A stretch of 63,184 nucleotides of DNA, the filler included, from Bigelowiella natans CCMP2755 (Eukaryota > Protista > Cercozoa), in NCBI GenBank assembly GCA_000320545.1. It is 7 parts of 7 records of this genome, joined end to end, with 100 filler letters (N's around TTAATTAATTAA, not from the genome) between each part and the next. Parts side by side here need not be neighbours in the genome. Positions count along the whole stretch, not along the records: positions 1 to 28,171 come from ADNK01000557.1; 6 more parts are not named here. The stretch is one strand, 5' to 3'. The notes under the pieces are model-generated. The model had not been told where the DNA came from. It did not search any database and was given only the letters and a program-made list of their open reading frames with translations. Both the position numbers and the translations under genes were made by a program. Position 1 is the stretch's first letter; every line of letters begins with the position of its first letter. Below are positions 14,365 through 24,581 of this stretch, in pieces.

Positions 14365-16689
14365 TCATCGCTTTCGGAACTTCACCAACCACCAGGTAAT
14401 AGATTCCTCTCTAACCTTATCTCCTTTGTCGCTTACCCAGAACTCACCTTCGTCCTTAGGTTCGTGTCCATACCAGCCCTCTGCATCAAGGTCCCCCAGG
14501 ACCTTATACCAGTGCTCAAAGGGTAAGTCGGGAACAGCTAGGTAGAGTAGCTGATATTTTCCGTCCTTTATTTTCATAGCTACCCTCTCCATATTTCGTA
14601 ATCCAGGGTAGCCTAGATAGACAATCTTCATGCGCCAATCGTCGTTCACCCTGACCTTATTGTTTCCATATTCCACATCGAACTTAGGTCGGGGTCCTAA
14701 ACAAGGCATTGCTCGCTCCCACACAGTAGGGTTTACTTTAACATCCTCTAGGAGCTTCTCACCGATATCATAATTCTTTAGGTGACTGATGTGGCGCAAG
14801 GTGACCCTGTTCCCATCATAGATGTAGTACTGCTTCCTCCCCTTCCTCTCGGTAACCTTTGCAACGCCACCCCAGAAGGGGTCTTGTTTATTTCTCGATC
14901 TCAGATTTACCTTGGCCCTAACATACTGTCCTTCCTTTAGAACTCGGCCATCGTACGGGACCTTCTCGTCTTCGCTCTCGGTATCGTCGTCGTTGTCGTC
15001 GCCTTCTTCCCTCTCCTTATCCTTGATACCTCCCCCAGACGTGAAGGTGTCGTTTACTAACCCTTGTATCTTGTCTGGTGTGGTGCTATTTATCCTGCTT
15101 AGGTTGGCCAAGGTGCGGTGGAGTCGCTCTACCTTGGAGTTGGACTGGGCATAGTATACAGGTGAGGCATCAATATTAGGGTGTGGTAGCTGTAGAAGAG
15201 AGGTCTCATTATCCACATGTAACTTCTTTGGTATCTTGTTTATGCTAACTTCATCAGGGATAGCCTGGAGCTCAGACTCCCAGGTACGGTAGCAGTTAGT
15301 AAGCCTCTGCTTATATAAGCCTTTGTTCTTCTTAGCAACGTTGACCTTGATAATCTTTTTAACCCAGCACTTTCCAGTGGCCACATCAACGAAGGTAAGG
15401 TAGTGATAGCCATCGTACTTATAAACATCAATTTGCACGATATCTAAGAAGTTCCTTGCTTTGATTTTCTTAGATGCACGGCTCTTGCTGGACTCCTTGG
15501 TGGCGACGCCTGCCGCCTTCAAGCTGGAGCACCTGCAGCCACGCAGGTATGTCCTTATCTCTTTTAGCTTGTAGGGCCAGTAGTAATGGTAGAGTAGAGC
15601 AGTGATATGGTTTTCTCCTACGTGTGCAGGTCCATGGGCGGTAAAGAGAAGGGCTCCCCTGGTCCGCCGTGGCACGTAGGTACGCCTAACATTATTAGTG
15701 TATACATATATCCTATCACTAAGTACCTCATGCTTGTGTTTGTATTTATCCAGGTGTTCTTGAAGGTGCTGGAGCTCCTCTGGCTCAGGCAGGAAGTCGC
15801 CGTCCTCGAAGGTAATCGCGTTAACCATAGGGGTGACCTGGGTAGGGACTTTCTTTTCGAACAGCCTGCTGAAATAGTCAGCAAGCTGCTTGTCTCCTGG
15901 TGCGTAGACCACTGTCCTCTTGTCCCTAAACTCTTCCGTGTCCGCCCTCATAGCTGCATACTCATCGTTAGGCGCTTCGAGCTTGCGGTCGATGCCTAGG
16001 AGGGGCTTGTGGTCAGTCATTAAGGTGAAGCTGGGCACCGACAGCAGGTAGTATCTTAGTTTCCTCTGCGCCTCAGTCATGGCTTTATACTCTCCTTTTG
16101 TAGGGCTGTACTTGGCCTCAGCTGCTGTGCAGGCCCTGCCCCACACCCGTATGATCTGCTGGTCTTGGGTAAGTACAGCAGCCATACCTAGCTTAGACCA
16201 GTCTGTCCATAGGGTAGCTGGTCTAGTAGTGTCTAGCTTAGCATTCAATAGGGTGTTGCTGCATAACTTTATTAGGTTATCGAAGTGGGCATCAAGGCCA
16301 GCCTTGGCCCACACCTTAGCGAAGCTGAGGCCTACAGAGTTCTCCTTCCGGTAAGCAGTAGTAAAAGCAGCTGCAGTCCTAGCGTAGGTAGGGGAGAACC
16401 TACGTAGTATCCAAGCTGCAGTCTGCAAGAATGACTTTAACTCCTTTGCATTCTTAGGTTTAGGGGCTTGCTGTAGTGCTGCTACTTTCTCGGGGTTTGG
16501 GGTGATGCGGCCTTGCTCCAGGTAATATCCACACCACTTGATTCTTGTAGCTAGGAATGTACACTTCTGCAGTCTAATAGTAAAACCGAAGTGTGCAAAC
16601 CTAATAAATATATTTTCCAGGAGGAAGATCTGAGCGACGACTGTGTTGGTACATATTATGTCATCATCCACATACACAAACACAAACAC
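14365..16689 (-). CDS. pol: Pol C-terminal part: RT YVDD core, RNase H, integrase (HHCC, DDE, GPY/F-like) and a Dam-methyltransferase-like tail; in frame with the upstream ORF after one TGA
   Basis: VYVDD; LWTDWSKLGMAAVL, YSPTKGE, LMTDHKPL, LADYFSR (RNase H); AHGPAHVG..CRC; VQIDV..HVDN..SNSKVERLHRTL; GQYVRAK..KQDPFWGG..RHISHLK. Confidence 0.92.
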   Translation of the reverse strand: MFVFVYVDDDIICTNTVVAQIFLLENIFIRFAHFGFTIRLQKCTFLATRIKWCGYYLEQGRITPNPEKVAALQQAPKPKNAKELKSFLQTAAWILRRFSPTYARTAAAFTTAYRKENSVGLSFAKVWAKAGLDAHFDNLIKLCSNTLLNAKLDTTRPATLWTDWSKLGMAAVLTQDQQIIRVWGRACTAAEAKYSPTKGEYKAMTEAQRKLRYYLLSVPSFTLMTDHKPLLGIDRKLEAPNDEYAAMRADTEEFRDKRTVVYAPGDKQLADYFSRLFEKKVPTQVTPMVNAITFEDGDFLPEPEELQHLQEHLDKYKHKHEVLSDRIYVYTNNVRRTYVPRRTRGALLFTAHGPAHVGENHITALLYHYYWPYKLKEIRTYLRGCRCSSLKAAGVATKESSKSRASKKIKARNFLDIVQIDVYKYDGYHYLTFVDVATGKCWVKKIIKVNVAKKNKGLYKQRLTNCYRTWESELQAIPDEVSINKIPKKLHVDNETSLLQLPHPNIDASPVYYAQSNSKVERLHRTLANLSRINSTTPDKIQGLVNDTFTSGGGIKDKEREEGDDNDDDTESEDEKVPYDGRVLKEGQYVRAKVNLRSRNKQDPFWGGVAKVTERKGRKQYYIYDGNRVTLRHISHLKNYDIGEKLLEDVKVNPTVWERAMPCLGPRPKFDVEYGNNKVRVNDDWRMKIVYLGYPGLRNMERVAMKIKDGKYQLLYLAVPDLPFEHWYKVLGDLDAEGWYGHEPKDEGEFWVSDKGDKVREESITWWLVKFRKR

Positions 16690-19338
16690 TCACAACACAG
16701 ACGCCATCCCATCATGTGTGTATGCCCTGTAGTTCTGACTACTGAACGCATCCCCTGATATGCTTAGGCCGTAAGGGAATACGACGAAGTGCCACTTCCT
16801 GTGCCTGCTGGAGAACGCGGTAATGGGGCGGGAGGTTTTGTGGATGGGTGTCTGCATGTATGATTCATTTTTATCTAGGGAAGAGTAGTATTTGTATCCT
16901 ATGACGTGTTCAATAACGTCATCTATCCTTGGTGTAGGTGTCTGGATCCTCTTTATTACTCGGTTGTGGCGGATGAAGTTGTGCGCCAGGCGGAAGAAAG
17001 GGTAAGTAGGTTTCTTAGCTAGCACATGTCTCACGTTCCATGGTGAGTTGCTTGGCTCTATCTTCCCTTCCTTTGCCCATTCATTGATCTGCCACTCTAT
17101 CTTTTCCCAGTCCGCTTCCGGTCGCCTATGTTCTGGGTCATTGATGATGCACTCTTCGTATCCCTTCTTTAGCTCGATCTTTACTGGGGTAAGCTTGCTG
17201 GAGGGCTTCGTCGTCGGCTTGGTGATGTCAGAGTACTTCTCGTTTAATATTTTATTAATGTACTTTTTGCCTTTGTCGATATCCCAATCATCAGCTGGGG
17301 GGGTCTTGTCCAGTAGCTCCGTTATCTGTCGGATGGTCTTGCCGGGGTTCTTCTTCCGTAGCTCGGTAGGTGTAGGTAGCTTGTTGTCCGCTAGGTCCAT
17401 AAACTCTAACGCATTAACGCTTGACTCAGAGGTCCACTCGTCAAGCCGTATCATGTTCTGGCTGATGGTCCTGCCTGACTTCTTTGGCAACTTAGCAAAG
17501 TATATCTTGTGATTGTAGAATGATATGATCCCCCCTAATTTTTCTAGGGCATCCTGTCCGAGGAGTAGTTCCATGGATAAAGTCATGGCTACTCGGGTCT
17601 TGATTTGGGTCTCCGCGTCGCTGCCAGGTATCTGTAGCTTTAGCATTAGCTCACCGACGGTCTTCATGGAAGAGCTTCCGTCTGCTTGAGCATATTTACG
17701 TTCTTTCTTAGTCACTTGATCCAATAGTCCTAACCTTCTTACTGTGCTTAGGCTTATGAAGGACTTCGGCATGCTGCCACTATCCCAAAGGGCAGGTAGT
17801 TTCTTGTAGTCTCCGTAGCTGTCTTTAACTTTAACCTTGGTCATAGCAACTTTGATAGTCCTGTTAGCGTCTTCGTCATTAATGTTGCATACTCCTAAGT
17901 TCTTTATGTCGTCTAGGGTCATGGGCTTGTCTTGGTCCTGCGTTGCTGGTACTGCTGTCTTCGTCGGCGCCTGCTTAAGGTGATCTAATATTCCGTTTAT
18001 CTGCTGCTGTATAGCATTGATACTGTTCTGCTTTTTGTTCTTATATTTATTGTTCTTCCCGTTGTTGCTGCCTTGCCATTTGCTGTTGTTATATCCTTGT
18101 CCTCTGCCTTTCTTTCTCTTTAACTTCTCGTAGTGTTCGTTGAGCTGCCTGATCGTCATCCTGGGTCGTCCTTCTTTCCTGTCTCTGCAGTCTTTAGCGG
18201 TGTGTTTCCCTTTACGTGAGCAGTATCCGCAACGTCGGTTACCTTCCCTGTCCTTGTACCAGTCTCGCTGCGGCTTAATAGCGTTAATGTTTCCTATGCC
18301 AGGTACCTTAGGGCTGGTAAACTTGCGGTCCTGCTCCTGCTCGCGTAGGGATATAGCCTGCACTGCTGCCTCCATCGTGGTGTAGCCTTTCTCCGTAACG
18401 TAAGTGGATTCCTTTATCTTTAACTTGAACTCTTCAAACCTTGCCTGATCATCACCTGTGTTGTAATTAAAATCATGTAGTTCGTCGATCATATCCTGGA
18501 AGCGCGTGGCAAAGTCTCTAACAGGTTCTCTCTCATGCTGCATCATTGCTCTGTATTTTCTAATAGCCTGGGGTAGGGAGTTAGCATCCTGTTCATTTAC
18601 AAAAGCCTTCATTATCGCCTCAACGTCTCGTAGCCCACTAACTGTAGTGTGTATTTTCTCTAGCTGCCTGATCCGGGTCCTGCCTGTCTCGTAAAGGTCC
18701 ATGGCTTGCTTTATTATAGCTAGCCATTTGAGCTTGTCGTTTTCGGTGGGGTTAGGGGTAAAGTCGCAGAGTATACTCCTAGCGTTCTTCCACCACCTCC
18801 TTGCCTCACCTCTTTTCCCGTTGTATTTCGTTATCATAACCGGTGCTGTTTTAACAGACATGAACTGGGTGTTCCGCTGTACCGGCTGCTGCTGCTTGAC
18901 GGTGCTCTGGGTCGTCCCCCGCGAGGCGCCCAGACCCCCGTCGTTCCTAAACAAAGCTGCCCACTCTGGAGGTAAGTCTGCTTCGTAATCCATGATGTCC
19001 TGCATGATAGCTGCCCAAACATCATGTGTCTGATACTTGTATTCTATCGATACTTTCAGTTTGGCGTAGTTGCTCGCCCTGGGTCGCAAGGCTCGTAATG
19101 CCATTACGACCTTCTTGCTTTCGGCGGCCACGTCCTCGTCGTCCGCCTCGTAGAAGTTCTCCAGTGCCTCTGCTGCTGCATCTGCTTTCTTAATCCCGGG
19201 TGCTGGTCCCGGCGGTGCCTGTGGAGGTGTTCCTCCTCCTTCCTTAGCGTCCGTATCGCCCTTCCTTTCCTGTTTCTGCTCGTGCCCTTGCACGGCCTGC
19301 GAGCCAAAGTCCTGCTGTTCTTCTAGCTGCTGTGACAT
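16690..19338 (-). CDS. gag-pol: Gag-protease-RT N-terminal part of a single gag-pol frame
   Basis: Q..E.VRDFATRF capsid-like motif; zinc knuckle CGYCSRKGKHTAKDC (18187-18231); aspartic protease ALWDSGS..LLLGQDAL; RT IEPSNSPWN, SLDKNESYMQ, TAFSS, FPYGL. Confidence 0.92.
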   Translation of the reverse strand: MSQQLEEQQDFGSQAVQGHEQKQERKGDTDAKEGGGTPPQAPPGPAPGIKKADAAAEALENFYEADDEDVAAESKKVVMALRALRPRASNYAKLKVSIEYKYQTHDVWAAIMQDIMDYEADLPPEWAALFRNDGGLGASRGTTQSTVKQQQPVQRNTQFMSVKTAPVMITKYNGKRGEARRWWKNARSILCDFTPNPTENDKLKWLAIIKQAMDLYETGRTRIRQLEKIHTTVSGLRDVEAIMKAFVNEQDANSLPQAIRKYRAMMQHEREPVRDFATRFQDMIDELHDFNYNTGDDQARFEEFKLKIKESTYVTEKGYTTMEAAVQAISLREQEQDRKFTSPKVPGIGNINAIKPQRDWYKDREGNRRCGYCSRKGKHTAKDCRDRKEGRPRMTIRQLNEHYEKLKRKKGRGQGYNNSKWQGSNNGKNNKYKNKKQNSINAIQQQINGILDHLKQAPTKTAVPATQDQDKPMTLDDIKNLGVCNINDEDANRTIKVAMTKVKVKDSYGDYKKLPALWDSGSMPKSFISLSTVRRLGLLDQVTKKERKYAQADGSSSMKTVGELMLKLQIPGSDAETQIKTRVAMTLSMELLLGQDALEKLGGIISFYNHKIYFAKLPKKSGRTISQNMIRLDEWTSESSVNALEFMDLADNKLPTPTELRKKNPGKTIRQITELLDKTPPADDWDIDKGKKYINKILNEKYSDITKPTTKPSSKLTPVKIELKKGYEECIINDPEHRRPEADWEKIEWQINEWAKEGKIEPSNSPWNVRHVLAKKPTYPFFRLAHNFIRHNRVIKRIQTPTPRIDDVIEHVIGYKYYSSLDKNESYMQTPIHKTSRPITAFSSRHRKWHFVVFPYGLSISGDAFSSQNYRAYTHDGMASVL

Positions 19339-19354
19339 TGTTAGTCAAATCGTT

Positions 19355-19372
19355 TCCCGTGTGTGGAAGCCA
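19355..19372 (-). promoter_or_regulatory. Primer binding site (cognate tRNA not assigned)
   Basis: TGGCTTCCACACACGGGA on the minus strand, 5 nt after the 5' LTR; begins TGG, complementary to tRNA CCA. Confidence 0.7.
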
Positions 19373-19377
19373 AAGGT

Positions 19378-19703
19378 TGTTGCGCGTAAGGTGTTCACAG
19401 GCCGAGGCGCTACGTGCACAAGTAGGCAGGGGGGGGGAAAGGCACGTTTGCTTCCTTTTGAAGAGTTGTGTTTATTTTTATTAAAGATTATATTTTTATT
19501 AAATCGTGCACTGCGTAATCATTCGCGAAGCTTTCGCGAATGCCGCCGCACGTGGGGCAGCACACTTCCGGTGTGCTGCCATGAGTCCCGCCGGAACCCA
19601 CGTGCCTATGCTGTATTAATATCTACGTTATCTATATTCTATATCCGCGACAACCCCTTTGTTGTCGCACGTGACTTGTGCCCGCGTAGTGGTACGCGCT
19701 ACA
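19378..19703 (-). repeat. 5' LTR
   Basis: Identical to 13988-14313; lies upstream of the PBS and the gag ATG (19338). Confidence 0.97.
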
Positions 19704-19748
19704 AAATTTGTATCACAAGATCCGTTGCCTATTGAATTACAGGTATAG

Positions 19749-19991
19749 GATGGCAAGCTTTATGCGGTTGGGGGGATATAGGTGAGGCCGGCAGTTTGAA
19801 GAGCGTTGAACTGCTTGGACTTGAAAAACATGAGCACTGGGTGAAAGGGGATTCCGAAGATGTCGGTGGCTAAGAAGCGTTTTAAAGTGTGTTGTAATGA
19901 TGGATTCATCTACGCCGTTGGGGGTTGCTTTGAACCGGGCGCTGAAAAAAGTGTTAAATGCTTGGACTTGAAGAATGTGTACGAAGGATGC
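19749..19991 (+). pseudogene. Degenerate kelch-repeat gene fragment
   Basis: DGKLYAVGG...CLDLKNMSTG*KGIPKM..KKRF..DGFIYAVGGCFEPGAEKSVKCLDLKN: two kelch blades, with stops and frameshifts in the first. Confidence 0.75.
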
Positions 19992-20101
19992 CACATGCAT
20001 GCCACACTGCTGTGCACTGACGGCTGCTGCAATGTGATAAGTATTTCATTTGGTAAAAAGCAAGCCCATAACAACAGTGCGCACCACATCTTTTTAGCTC
20101 G

Positions 20102-20227
20102 CGTGCACCAGCATTTGTGCCCGCGCACCGTCAGCGCCAAGCCAATAGCTAGTGCATGCACGCACGTGCACCAGCATTTGTGCCCGCACACCGTCAGCGC
20201 CAAGCCAATAGCTAGTGCATGCACGCA
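20102..20227. repeat. 2 x 63-bp tandem repeat, followed by a 22-bp perfect palindrome (20252-20273)
   Basis: Units start at 20102 and 20165 and differ at one site; CACGTCTAGCTAGCTAGACGTG is self-complementary. Confidence 0.9.
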
Positions 20228-20985
20228 CGCGTGCACGCAGCACTTGCGATGCACGTCTAGCTAGCTAGACGTGTGTTGGGTGGTATATATGAGACGGATG
20301 TAATGAGTGATTAAATCTTTTCAATAGTCATCCTAATGTAGCTAAGCAAAAGCAGCGGCTACGTACATCGCTTAGTTGTACAGCTTAGTTAAGGTGGGCT
20401 GTGGAGCCACAGTCCTGTGTGGTTAACTAAATAGGGAACGCAAATTTTAGACGCGCGGCATGCATGCATTGTGGGTCCACATGCTGAGGTATGAGTGATT
20501 TCATGGTGCACTATGTATTGTGCTACTTTGGTCTCATGATAAGCTTGCGCGTACGCTGCCGTTGTCGTCGATCGTTCAAAGAGAGTCTATCATTCTCATG
20601 CATAATGGCCGATGCTAGTATGCCACATCACCTCGACTATGACAGACCTAGAAGTGTTGATCATTAGGTGCATCTGGCTGGCTAAATAATTGAGAGGTCC
20701 GCTGCCGCAACCCGGTAATTTATATTTATGATAATAGACACAGCAATACACTATATATATTATATAATATCTATTGTGTATTGCATATCTATCATTATGA
20801 ACATCTGCACGCGTAATAATACGCGCGCTATTCCAGTAACAGTATTCTTTTCATTTAATTTTTCGCTTTGATAGGCAACATTCCGTGTGTCAACATACAG
20901 TTTATTGTGCGTCGTATGAAAATGCTCCTAAAGTGTTATATCCATTCCCGCTTAGATCAGTTTTGCCGGACATGAAACTGGGATG

Positions 20986-23249
20986 TTACTGCACTGCAAG
21001 TAGAACAGCAGTTAGGTATTGTCCTTCTGGATACGACAATCTGACGAGATGGTCTCGTCCTGCATGATGGCTTTCAATCACAGTTATCCTGATTCAGAAG
21101 ATACAATTTGGTTCAATGTGCGACTGCGGCTCTAAAATTATTAGAAATCTCATAAAGCGTCAGGATGAAGACAGTGCTTATTTTTTTTTCATATTTGCAA
21201 TAGCTTACCTTCTTCCAGCTTCGTTCGCTGCATCTTTCAGCATGCGAATAAAGGCGTCACGAGTCTGCGTCATAGCTCCACTGCACGTGCAAGATAGCAG
21301 CAAGCCCCCAGGACGAACTCTGTCAACATGCAAACTTTTAAAATCTATTATATGTCTATAGTACGCAACTTTTAGCGGCAACAACAACAGCCATAAGGAT
21401 ACTCCAAAGAAGGTCGGTGGAAGTTTCAGAAAGCTTGTTTCTCACCGTTTCATAGCAGCGACATTGAGTCGGATGTATCTTCGAGTCGCCTTCGGCAAAT
21501 CTCTCCTCGAAGGCGCAAACTTAGGAGGGTCACAAATCACGAGGTCATACTTGTCCTCCTGCTCATGTTCCTGGAAAATAGTTGATGTACGTGAGCACCC
21601 TATGGTGATATTGCCATCCGCGATTTGATAGCATAATGTAGCACCTCGAGAAATTTGAACACGTCTTGTTGACGAAATTCCACGAAGCCACCGAACCCGT
21701 TGAGATCAGCATTTTCCCTAGAAAGAGTCAACAGAAAGATAGGGCAGATTGTTGAGACGGCCCATACAAATGAAACGTAAGTGTGAAGCGGGGAATAAGG
21801 CTTTCTTCTACAGATTGTGTCGACTCTTCGGGTAGTGTGAATCTTATCAGATATTTTCTTCTTTCTTCGTCTTCTTCTTTTTATTATTAGGCTAAGACAG
21901 TAGCAACTAACCACCTTGCAAGGGAAATTGCATTCGCCGATGAATCAATCCCAAGCACCTTCTTTGCCCCTCCAGCGGCAGCGTGAATGGAGAACCCACC
22001 AGAATAACAGAATAGGTCAAGTACATCCTAAACATATACATTTGCAATGAGAGTGTGGCCTGACTTCAGCACACAGGCATATTGTCAATTTTCTAAAGCT
22101 GATCTTTCAAAAAAATCCATCGCCTTTTGTCAGGTTGAAACCTTATCGCGGCCAAGTTCTTCGATCACCCGTCGATTTTCTCGCTGGTCAAGGTAGTAAC
22201 CTGACAAACGGTGTGTATGTTAGTCGGGAATTCCATTTTTTCGAGTGGATAACAAATCAGAGTGCAGTAAATGTAGTCGGCGTTATCTTTATTTAACCTG
22301 TCTTCTGTCCACCCGTCAAATCAACCCAAAATTTTAGTCCGTTTTCCTTAATGAGGAAGCGCAATTGCTGGTCTTCGCTATTGTCACCATCAATTTCCAC
22401 TGCTTTTTCGTTTGAAGTAATATTCCATCCATCCTTCCGCAATGCTGTCTCCTGCCTTCGCCATAAAAGCCGAGTTCCTGAGGGAAGAGCCTTAGAAATG
22501 GCAGCCTGCACTTCAGGGCGATATTGCTCGATCCAGTACGCAGTAGACATTACCACAGCCACAGGGGCCGGAAGCGGATTATCCTGCCCCGATTCTCCTT
22601 GCTCTGATACAGGATCAAAAACATCTACAGAGAGACCACTAACACCATCTCCTTCGCCATTCAGTAGCCGATACGACGATGACTTTGAATTTGGAAGCCC
22701 CAAAGACTTCCGGATTTCTATTGCCTCACTAACTGCATTAGCTACAGCACCACCGATGCGCTGCCGTGTTCCCTCTTCTAGCAACTCTTCTCCTTTTCCA
22801 TTTTTGAAGGAAAGCATTCGTACTCTGTATAGAGAGTGTGGGTTGTAGACTCCCCAGCCAATTCCATTTCCACGATGATCGACGACATCAACTACGTGCC
22901 CAGCCGACAGCTCTTTACTTGATGGCAGACCTTCCTCCCGATTTATAGCCCCGGGGTATACAATTGGATTCCCCTCGTAGAATAGGCGCGCCTTTCCTCG
23001 ATCCAGGTGGATTTTGCCGGAGGGGGTAGACTTGGCCGACGACAGGGAGCGAAGCGCTTTCCTTATCAGCAGGCTTCGAGGTGGTGTGGTACGCTTACTG
23101 CTCCGGGATGCTGGTGTCGACAAGTGACAGGATGATGACGAGGGTGAGAAACCGGAACGATAACATGGAGATTGGAGGGCAAGGGTCGGCGGATAAAGAA
23201 GGGCAACAAAGGCTGTTAGTGCCCCGAGGCATCCGCCAAAGTACCCCAT
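20986..23249 (-). CDS. RlmI-like class I SAM-dependent rRNA methyltransferase with PUA domain; predicted plastid-targeted; multi-exon
   Basis: [40 protein letters not shown]|[47 protein letters not shown]....YPEGQYL; TAA at 20986-20988. Confidence 0.92.
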
Positions 23250-23849
23250 AGTAACTGGGAGAGCCTTCCTTCGGAAAATTTACCCGACAAAACATTTCGT
23301 AATCCCCTACGATTTGGCCATGCGACAAGCTTTCTAATGTCATAGAAATCCAGGAAATCCAGGAAATCCTAGAAATCTCTAGAATCCTGAGAACATGTTC
23401 TCGGGCGCTTTGATTTGGTTTGTCGAATAAATTACTGAATATTTTTTCCTCATTTTAAAGACATTGAATTTGAAAAATGCGATTGCCAGCATGAATTACC
23501 TCAAGACTCTGTCTACGAGGCGATCCTTGACCGAGTCACCTGGTGGCGAGGACATTTTTAGTGCTAAGAACATCTTGCGACTACTCTTCCAGTAAAATTG
23601 TCGTCGACTGATTATATCCGTGAATCCACAGAGATCATGAATATATTATTTAGAAATATCATCGAGTAATTTTGTTCCACAGAAACGCCATAAGGGCTCA
23701 CCTGGCCATCACCCAAGCACTCGTGACTCTAACACCTCCGCTTTGCCTACTCTTCAGAGCCATTTCATTGCGAGAGGCTGGCAAGGACTATTAATATTTA
23801 TATTGGTTCGCATAGTATTCCTCCATATTCTTGGGGTAAATGGCTTTAT

Positions 23850-24540
23850 ATGAGGCCGCAAGGAACCCTGGAGAAGAACGACGATGATCATTCATGGAGC
23901 TTTACGCGCAGGAGGAGGAGCAGCCCTATCATGATGCGCACGATTCTGCCGGGGCTCTTGGTAGCGTCGAATATGCTCCTCCTTGTCTTCAACGTAAGAC
24001 GACCCCTTCTTCCCGTCAGAAGCAACTCAGGTCGCTAGAGCAATACATGCATTAATGAACTTGTATTGGCATCGCTGTGGTATGTTAACTGCGAGAGAAG
24101 ACTAAAATGTATTGCCCCTAAGAGCACTGTCTGTCTCCATCTTAACTGCTTCATTCTTTCTTGCATCTGATGATGGTGCTTGTCTAAATATATGTTCACT
24201 GGACAAACATGCACCAGGGATGAATCGTGGCGCGACCACTCCCTATCCGAGTCGCATGGAGTATTCACCAACCCTTCCTATTATTAACTGGAGAGGAGGG
24301 GCGAGATCAGAGAGAAAAGACCGTTTAGAGATAGGAGAACTGGGTCCAGATGATGATGCCGAGAGGCGTCAGCGCAGCGAGCATGAGGAGGACGAAGACT
24401 CAGCGGTTGAGAGTAATGAAAACACCATCGCAAAGGAATACATGAAACGGAGGGATGAGAGGCACTGGGAGCTTTTCCACGGTTCGAAAGATTTGACAGC
24501 AGGTTTTCTAGATTTATAACAACGCTTGCTTGTGGTAGAG

Positions 24541-24581
<41 letters not shown>

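Larger units (their letters stand above)
13988..19703 (-). mobile_element. Full-length Ty3/gypsy-type LTR retrotransposon, 5716 bp
   Basis: Two identical 326-bp LTRs with TG...CA ends and an 11-bp imperfect terminal inverted repeat; 4-bp TSD AAAT (13984-13987 and 19704-19707); PBS and PPT present; domain order Gag-PR-RT-RNaseH-IN. Confidence 0.97.
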
